In this document: one piece after another, positions 16,600-22,222 of the stretch
Position numbering within the stretch: position 1 is the stretch's first letter
Layout of the letters: each line of letters opens with the position of its first letter
From: an uncultured Verrucomicrobiales bacterium
GTDB taxonomy: Bacteria; Verrucomicrobiota; Verrucomicrobiia; Verrucomicrobiales; DEV007
Assembly: GCA_938091905.1 (NCBI GenBank)
Contig: CALKOM010000100.1
Location: forward strand, 1 to 22,222
Direction: 5' to 3'
Length of the DNA stretch: 22,222 bases
Notes under the pieces: generated by a model
Told to the model about the DNA's origin: nothing
Seen by the model: the letters and a program-made list of their open reading frames with translations, nothing else
Database searches by the model: none
Made by a program: the position numbers and the translations under genes

Positions 16600-18066
16600 C
16601 TATTGAGCTGTGGCGACACCCGAAGGGCGGATCTCGGTCGCTTCGATGCCTGTTAGGCTGTCGCCAAGTTCTTTGCGTATGGGCTCTGCGAGCTTGGTGA
16701 GCTTGGCCACGATATCTTGGTGCTTCTCGGCTAGGTTGACGCTCTCGCCGGGATCTGCGGTGACGTTAAAGAGGGAGAGTTCTAGGTGCTCAACGCGGCC
16801 GCCATGTCGGCTAGCGATGCCATTGATACCGCTTTGCGTGATGGATTGGGCTTTGTTGTTGCCCCAATTCGATGGTTTTCCGCCAACGCCAGGCTCGGCT
16901 GCGGTTGTGATGTAGGGGTGCGGGAAATGGAGTTTCCAGTCGCCGGAACGAACGGCCTGAAGTCCAGTGCCACCGTAGAAGAAGAGAGCTTCGTGAGGAG
17001 GTATGCCATCGTCAGTGCCGAAGAGCACATTCTTTGCGCTGCGACCATCGATCTTCTTTGTGGGAGCCTTTCCCTTACAGAGTTCGACAAAGGTGGGCAA
17101 CCAATCGATCGACATGAACGGCGTAGCGGAGACCCGGCCAATAGGCACCTTGTTAGGCCAGCGTGCAATGCAAGGAACGCGGACGCCACCTTCAAAGGTT
17201 GTCAGCTTGCCTTCACGGAACGGGGTAGCGGTGCCTGCATGTTCGCCGTAGCTCAGCCAGGGACCATTGTCTGAGAAAAAGATTACGAGCGTGTTGTCAT
17301 CGATCTTGAGTCGTTTCAGCGTGGCGAGAACCTCTCCTACAGACCAGTCGAGTTCTTCAATCACGTCTGCGTAGGCGCCGTAACTCGAGCGGCCCGCAAA
17401 GTTGTCAGAGGCGAAGATCGGCACATGCGGCATGACGTGGGGCATGTATAGAAAGAAGGGCTTATCATGGTTGCGCTCGATGAAGGAAACGGCTCGTTCC
17501 GTAAAACGCCGAGTGAATTGGCTTTGGTCAGGATCTTGTTCGATGATTTTCTCTCCGTCGTAGAATGGGAGAGGTGGCATTTCTTTGGAGAGGACAGGGT
17601 GGTATTTTGTATTGTCGTTTGAGTAAGGAATGCCTAACCATTCATCGAATCCGTGCCGAGTGGCCCCCAGACTGACGACAGTGCCCAAATGCCATTTGCC
17701 CATGGCCGAGGTCGCATAACCGCGATCTTTGAACATTTCGGGCATGAGCCATTCTTCAGGGTGAATGCCGTTCTGACTCGTATGATTGAGCGCGCCTTGC
17801 AGGCCAACGCGGTTGGAATAGCAGCCTGACATGAGTGCGGCGCGAGAAGCTGTGCACACTGGCTGCGCTACGTAGAAGTTCGTGAACCTGGTCCCCTCGG
17901 CGGCCATGAGATCGAGGTTGGGCGTGCGGATCTTTTCGGAACCTTGGCAGCTCATGTCTGCGTAGCCCATGTCGTCAGTCATGATCAGAACGACGTTAGG
18001 CCGATCCTCATCAGCGTGGAGGAGGCTCAACGGAATGAGAAGAATGCATGCGAGAAACGGCTTCAT
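16600..18066 (-). CDS. Formylglycine-dependent (S1) sulfatase, exported
   Basis: Signal peptide, RPNVVLIMTDDMGY, CTASRAALMSG (Cys-type CxAxR), GKWHLG, SDNGPW and FEGGVRVP. Confidence 0.96.
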   Translation of the reverse strand: MKPFLACILLIPLSLLHADEDRPNVVLIMTDDMGYADMSCQGSEKIRTPNLDLMAAEGTRFTNFYVAQPVCTASRAALMSGCYSNRVGLQGALNHTSQNGIHPEEWLMPEMFKDRGYATSAMGKWHLGTVVSLGATRHGFDEWLGIPYSNDNTKYHPVLSKEMPPLPFYDGEKIIEQDPDQSQFTRRFTERAVSFIERNHDKPFFLYMPHVMPHVPIFASDNFAGRSSYGAYADVIEELDWSVGEVLATLKRLKIDDNTLVIFFSDNGPWLSYGEHAGTATPFREGKLTTFEGGVRVPCIARWPNKVPIGRVSATPFMSIDWLPTFVELCKGKAPTKKIDGRSAKNVLFGTDDGIPPHEALFFYGGTGLQAVRSGDWKLHFPHPYITTAAEPGVGGKPSNWGNNKAQSITQSGINGIASRHGGRVEHLELSLFNVTADPGESVNLAEKHQDIVAKLTKLAEPIRKELGDSLTGIEATEIRPSGVATAQ

Positions 18067-18158
18067 GGGGGCGTAGCCTAAAGAGTAAAGAGCTGAGCTG
18101 CAATCTCGATTCTAAGACTAAGAGTTGCCCCCATCGCAACGCTGCCAGAGATTCTGTC

Positions 18159-19462
18159 ATGGTGAAACGTGTGCTGGGTTTGTTGATCTCGGCGATTGGA
18201 ATGGGTGGCTTTCTCTATCCTGGAGCGGTTTGTTCTTACTATCTAGTCACCGACAATGGATTGAAGACGGATTCGGCTTCTTCCCTAGCATTCTCTTGGC
18301 ACCAGCGTCTTCATAAACGCTACGAATCCTAGTGCCGCGAGCGCGTGAGATCGGGAGTCGCGGCAACGTTGAATGTGCATGAGCTGGATGAGACGCAGTG
18401 GCCGCTCTTCGGCTTTCTGTGGGGGACGGAGAACTTGCAGGCGGCTTGGGAGGCAGACGCGAGCCTATCGAAGAAGGCCCCCGCAGTATATGCTGAGGAG
18501 CCGTTGAGGCGGCGACGGCTTTAGTCTTGGATCCGAATCACGCCAAGTGGGTTTGCGATCATTGGGGGGAAGATTATTTGCACCACGAAAATGCCTTCTA
18601 TCGAATGCTCTACGTCTTTGCAATCTGTTCTCATCATCGTCTGACTGGAAGTGAGGAGCCCTTAAACACGTTGGCAGAAATGTTGGATGCGTTGGTTGTT
18701 GATTTGAAGGGGGCGAAGTATGGTATGTTGGAAGATTATCCTGACGAGTGCTATCCGGCAGACGGGATGGTGGCGTTGTTGGCAGTGCAGAAGGCTGATG
18801 ATATTCTTGGGAATGATCGCACCCAATAGATCCGAGACTATCAGAAGCATTTCACTGGCCTGCTCGATCAAGGCCTTGGCTTGCCCGTCTACTTTGCAAC
18901 GGCCGACGACGGCATTGGGCTTGATGCGTCTCGTGGTTGCGTAAATTCGTACCTTACTACGTTTGCGCCAGATCTGGGGGAGAATTGGTTTCAGCGCTAT
19001 GTAAAGCATTTCTGGCAGGAGAAAGGCTATGGCGTGGGCTTTCGTGAGTTTGGGCAAGGGTAGATCTCCTCCACAGGCAATCTGGATTCAGGGCCTATCA
19101 TTGACGGATTTGGCGTGTCGGCAACGGCGTTTGGATTGAGTGTTTGCCGGGCCAATGGTCGTTATGATATGGGCTATCCTCTCAGTGCACAAATGATGGT
19201 GGCCACATGGCCGATTCCGTTTGGCGGTCTCTTGCTCCCGCGAATTCTGTCAAACCCTCATCCGCCTCTGGTAGGTGAGGCTTCGGTTGTCTATCAACTG
19301 AGCCAGGGACCTAAAGAAGGTGAGGGTCGACAGGTCGTGCCAGGGAAGGGACGTTTGCCTTACGCTGTCTATGTGGGCATCGCCGTCTACGGTGTCGTTG
19401 GACTAGGCTTCAGTGTTTGGGGCTTGCGCTGGGTTCTGGCTCGTCGACGGGCGCCTCGCTAA
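18159..19462 (+). pseudogene. Disrupted ~434-aa membrane-anchored protein, possibly linalool dehydratase/isomerase-like (Ldi) domain family
   Basis: Four ORF-track fragments join into one gene: ATG 18159, TAG 18330-18332, 1-nt frameshift near 18495, TAG 18827-18829, TAG 19061-19063, final TAA 19460-19462. Motifs WPLFG, DPNHAKWV, LEDYPDECYPAD, GFREF and DSGPII, with TM segments at both termini. The family call is from memory. Confidence 0.85.
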
Positions 19463-19512
19463 AGAGTTTACAAGCGTGTGCGACCAGGCATCTTCATGCC
19501 CCCAACATCTCT

Positions 19513-20055
19513 ATGAACTTTGCTAACTTCCCCCAGGTAGCGGCCCTCTTAATCGGCATGGCTGTCGTGGCTGTGTTCCCGAGTTGCGCCATGAATCATC
19601 ACCTTCCGATGCGACGGGATGACTTTGGTTTGAACTTCGTTCCTGTGAGGGTCAATGGTCAGCCTGGCGTCTTTCTTGTGGACAGTGGAGCAAGCCATAC
19701 GGTGCTGGATCACCGCTTTGCGAAGCGTTGCATCAGTAAAATGGTTGCTTCTGATTTACGGCTGGCGTGGTTGGGATCTGAAGACACGTTGGCGCAGGAG
19801 GGCGTCATCGATGAGATCCAGATTGGCAACTACCGACGGGTGGGACCTTTCAAGGTCCATGTTTTAAATCTTGATGCCATCAATGAGGCTCCGGCACGCA
19901 AACGGACCATTCGAATGGACGGGATCATTGGAGCAGATTTCCTCATCACTCATGGAGCATTGATTGATTATCGCTCAAATGCGCTGCGGTTTCAGCCTGG
20001 CGCGGAGGGCTGGATGGAGCGTTTGACACGCCCGCGACCGATATATCGGAGGTAA
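19513..20055 (+). CDS. Retropepsin-like aspartic protease, probable lipoprotein
   Basis: Probable start is ATG 19513 (180 aa). Hydrophobic leader ending VFPSC, catalytic FLVDSGASHTV, and DGIIGADFL motif. Confidence 0.88.
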   Translation: MNFANFPQVAALLIGMAVVAVFPSCAMNHHLPMRRDDFGLNFVPVRVNGQPGVFLVDSGASHTVLDHRFAKRCISKMVASDLRLAWLGSEDTLAQEGVIDEIQIGNYRRVGPFKVHVLNLDAINEAPARKRTIRMDGIIGADFLITHGALIDYRSNALRFQPGAEGWMERLTRPRPIYRR

Positions 20056-20126
20056 TGGGCAGGAATCATTGAAGTGACCGCAAGGATAGGGTCGATTCTG
20101 AGCTTAAGTGCCGTTTCCGTTCTCTT

Positions 20127-20972
20127 ATGAGTGACTACGAGCGCATTGCTAAGATCATCCGTTTCCTGGATCAGCATCACGAGTGCCAGCCGAATTTGGC
20201 TAAGGTTGCTGAACTTGTGGGACTGAGTCCGTTTCATGTGCACCGCTTGTTTAAGCAGTGGGCGGGCGTTACTCCCAAGGCCTTCGTTCAGTATCTAACA
20301 CTGGAGCGTTCGAAGCGTGCTTTGCAACGTGGTCAGTCGGTGTTTGATGTGGCGATCGATGCAGATTTGTCAGGATCTGGTCGTCTTCACGATCTTTGTG
20401 TGAAGCTGGAAGCTGCCACTCCTGGTGAGATCAAATCTGGTGGCGAAGGGCTACAGATCCATTGGGGAGTCGGAGAGACGCCCTTCGGATCTTGCGTTCT
20501 TGCAAGGACGACGCGTGGCTTATGCCACTTGGCCTTTGCGGAGAGAGAGGATGCAAGAGCCTCTATTGAAACGTTGCATGAGGACTGGCCGAAGGCGGTA
20601 TTCGAAAGAGACAACGAGAAGGTCCAGGATCAATTGGGCCATGTTTTCCGATGCGGCTACTGCCCGTCGATCACAGCTTGGGTCAGAGGCACTGACTTTC
20701 AGTTACGGGTTTGGAGAGCGCTGTTAGCGATTCCGGCTGGTTGCCTTACTTCTTACGGTCGATTGGCCGAGGCGATTGGAATGCCGAAGGCTGCGCGAGC
20801 TGTTGGCTCGGCAGTTGGTGCGAATCCACTCGCTTTTCTCATTCCGTGTCACCGTGTGATCCGCGAGACGGGAGTGATTGGGAATTACCGATGGGGTCAT
20901 GGACGTAAGCGTATGCTGATTGCCTGGGAGAACGCTCTCACCTTAGATCAATTAAGTCCGGGTGATGGATGA
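20127..20972 (+). CDS. AraC-HTH / methylated-DNA-protein-cysteine methyltransferase fusion (Ada-like, lacking the N-terminal Zn domain)
   Basis: N-terminal HTH (LSPFHVHRLFKQWAGVTPK), GTDFQLRVWRAL, ARAVGSAVGANP and active-site IPCHRV. Confidence 0.95.
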   Translation: MSDYERIAKIIRFLDQHHECQPNLAKVAELVGLSPFHVHRLFKQWAGVTPKAFVQYLTLERSKRALQRGQSVFDVAIDADLSGSGRLHDLCVKLEAATPGEIKSGGEGLQIHWGVGETPFGSCVLARTTRGLCHLAFAEREDARASIETLHEDWPKAVFERDNEKVQDQLGHVFRCGYCPSITAWVRGTDFQLRVWRALLAIPAGCLTSYGRLAEAIGMPKAARAVGSAVGANPLAFLIPCHRVIRETGVIGNYRWGHGRKRMLIAWENALTLDQLSPGDG

Positions 20973-20977
20973 CCCGC

Positions 20978-22222
20978 CTAGTCATTGAGGGCGGTTTGCA
21001 TGCGAAGCCTTATGTAGAGAGAATCAGCAGCCTCAGCCCGTGTCACGATGCGAACCGTTTCCGTCCCATCTGCCTGGTGTTCAGGTGCGTCGAATTGGTG
21101 CCACATCAATGGTGAGGAATGCCAAGATTCTATCTCTGTTAGGTAAGGTGATATTTCGATCGAGTAGAATAGGTTGTTGTGAGTATACTGGCATGTGTTT
21201 ATTGCGACGCTCCCACTGGGCCGGTTGTAGGTCACCTCAATAAAAGGTGTGCCATCAACGTCTATGACACTCACTCCAAGAGGGCTCCATCGCGTGGTTT
21301 GATCGCTGAAGATTTCGCCTTCTGCCTCAAACTGGTCCTTGTCTAAGCTTGAAACGAAGTGATGGGCATCACGCTGGCGAGATCTCTTGGAATCCGTCGG
21401 AGTTGGGGCAGCTTTCAATGCGGCGACACTTAATTCGTCGGTCCGCAGCGTATTGCTGATCCGAAGTTCGTCGATGTAGCCATCAAAGTTTCCTAGCGAT
21501 AGTAGCCAGTCGTTTCCGCGGCTAGCTTGTGCAGGTTTCGTCATCTCAGAGATCAGGTTGCCTTGGATGAAGGTTCGGACGTTTCCGTCGGAATCGAGCG
21601 TAATTCTGACACTAAACCAATCTCCCGTGTAATATGGAGCCAACATTTCCTCCGATGCGACATCCTGCCCGTTGGCACGAACTACAGGAATTTGAGGAGA
21701 TGCCCAGCGGTGGGTATACATTTCTAAAAAGTTGTTCCAGCTCTGACCGAGCAAGACTTGAGAGTGGCCACCTTCGCCACTCAAGGGAAGCGAGAGAACC
21801 TTCATTTGCCATTCCAAAGTGATCTCGCCTCCGGTGTTTGGTAAGAGGAGTTCATCTGGGATACTAACAAACAGTCTATCATCGGCGTCCTGAAATCGTA
21901 CAGACGTCCCTGACGGATTTGTCATCCACCCAAGATCGGTGTTTTGATAGCTGACGCTTCCCGCTGCAGTCAGGTCGAAGCCGTTTCCAGACGAGTCGTT
22001 CCCATTATTGTCAAAGTGAAATAGAGCTACAGTCATCGAGTCCGGGAGAAACGGGAGGCCACCACCACCGGGCTCACCACCACCGGGTTCGCCGCCGCCG
22101 GGCTCACCACCACCGGGTTCGCCGCCGCCGGGCTCACCACCACCGGGTTCGCCGCCGCCGGGCTCACCACCACCGGGTTCGCCGCCGCCGGGCTCACCAC
22201 CACCGGGTTCGCCGCCGCCGCC
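20978..22222 (-). CDS. 5'-partial exported-type protein: (GGGEP)10 linker, LamG/concanavalin-like domain, C-terminal domain
   Basis: The frame stays open upstream of ATG 22036 to the window edge: GGGG(EPGGG)10GLPFLPDSMTVALFHFD. LamG-like motifs VALFHFDNNGNDSSGNG and FDGYIDELRIS. Confidence 0.85.
   Translation of the reverse strand, partial: GGGGEPGGGEPGGGEPGGGEPGGGEPGGGEPGGGEPGGGEPGGGEPGGGEPGGGGLPFLPDSMTVALFHFDNNGNDSSGNGFDLTAAGSVSYQNTDLGWMTNPSGTSVRFQDADDRLFVSIPDELLLPNTGGEITLEWQMKVLSLPLSGEGGHSQVLLGQSWNNFLEMYTHRWASPQIPVVRANGQDVASEEMLAPYYTGDWFSVRITLDSDGNVRTFIQGNLISEMTKPAQASRGNDWLLSLGNFDGYIDELRISNTLRTDELSVAALKAAPTPTDSKRSRQRDAHHFVSSLDKDQFEAEGEIFSDQTTRWSPLGVSVIDVDGTPFIEVTYNRPSGSVAINTCQYTHNNLFYSIEISPYLTEIESWHSSPLMWHQFDAPEHQADGTETVRIVTRAEAADSLYIRLRMQTALND
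22061..22220. repeat. Coding tandem repeat: five perfect 30-bp units plus a partial unit
   Basis: The unit GGCTCACCACCACCGGGTTCGCCGCCGCCG starts at 22071, 22101, 22131, 22161 and 22191. Each encodes GGGEP twice on the minus strand. Confidence 0.98.

Noticed and set aside
1470..19462. Genome-wide stop-codon reassignment (TAG or TGA read as sense)
   Set aside because: TAG ends ten and TGA five full-length genes at expected positions. No conserved gene has internal stops. The internal stops are of all three types and one co-occurs with a frameshift.
22061..22222. CRISPR array
   Set aside because: The units are contiguous with no unique spacers, encode an in-frame peptide repeat, and no cas genes are present.

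Overview
Gene-dense bacterial chromosomal window. The gene content (PEP-CTERM protein, PQQ-like beta-propeller, ThuA-like protein, secreted sulfatase and TIM-barrel isomerase, short MenE/MenC) suggests the PVC superphylum, probably Verrucomicrobiota; this is inference. On the minus strand, 8257 to 489 is a tightly packed run: ThuA-like, menC, menE, PQQ-like propeller, ECF sigma, membrane anti-sigma, stand-alone PDZ protein, PEP-CTERM protein, PfkB kinase. Next come a deoxyhypusine-synthase-like gene, DUF6702 plus an M1 aminopeptidase, a sugar-phosphate isomerase, rsgA, an EEP hydrolase, a sulfatase, a retropepsin-like lipoprotein, an AraC-Ogt fusion, and a 5'-truncated LamG-like protein with a perfect (GGGEP)10 repeat. 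I recognised no rRNA, tRNA, CRISPR array or mobile element. Three observations stand out. (1) An in-frame TGA splits the PEP-CTERM membrane anchor while the anchor's second half stays intact behind it. (2) The ECF sigma/anti-sigma/protease-less PDZ module lies directly upstream of that gene. (3) Two accessory genes are broken by in-frame stops, one also by a 1-nt frameshift, while neighbouring genes are intact. All product calls come from reading motifs by eye; no database search was run.
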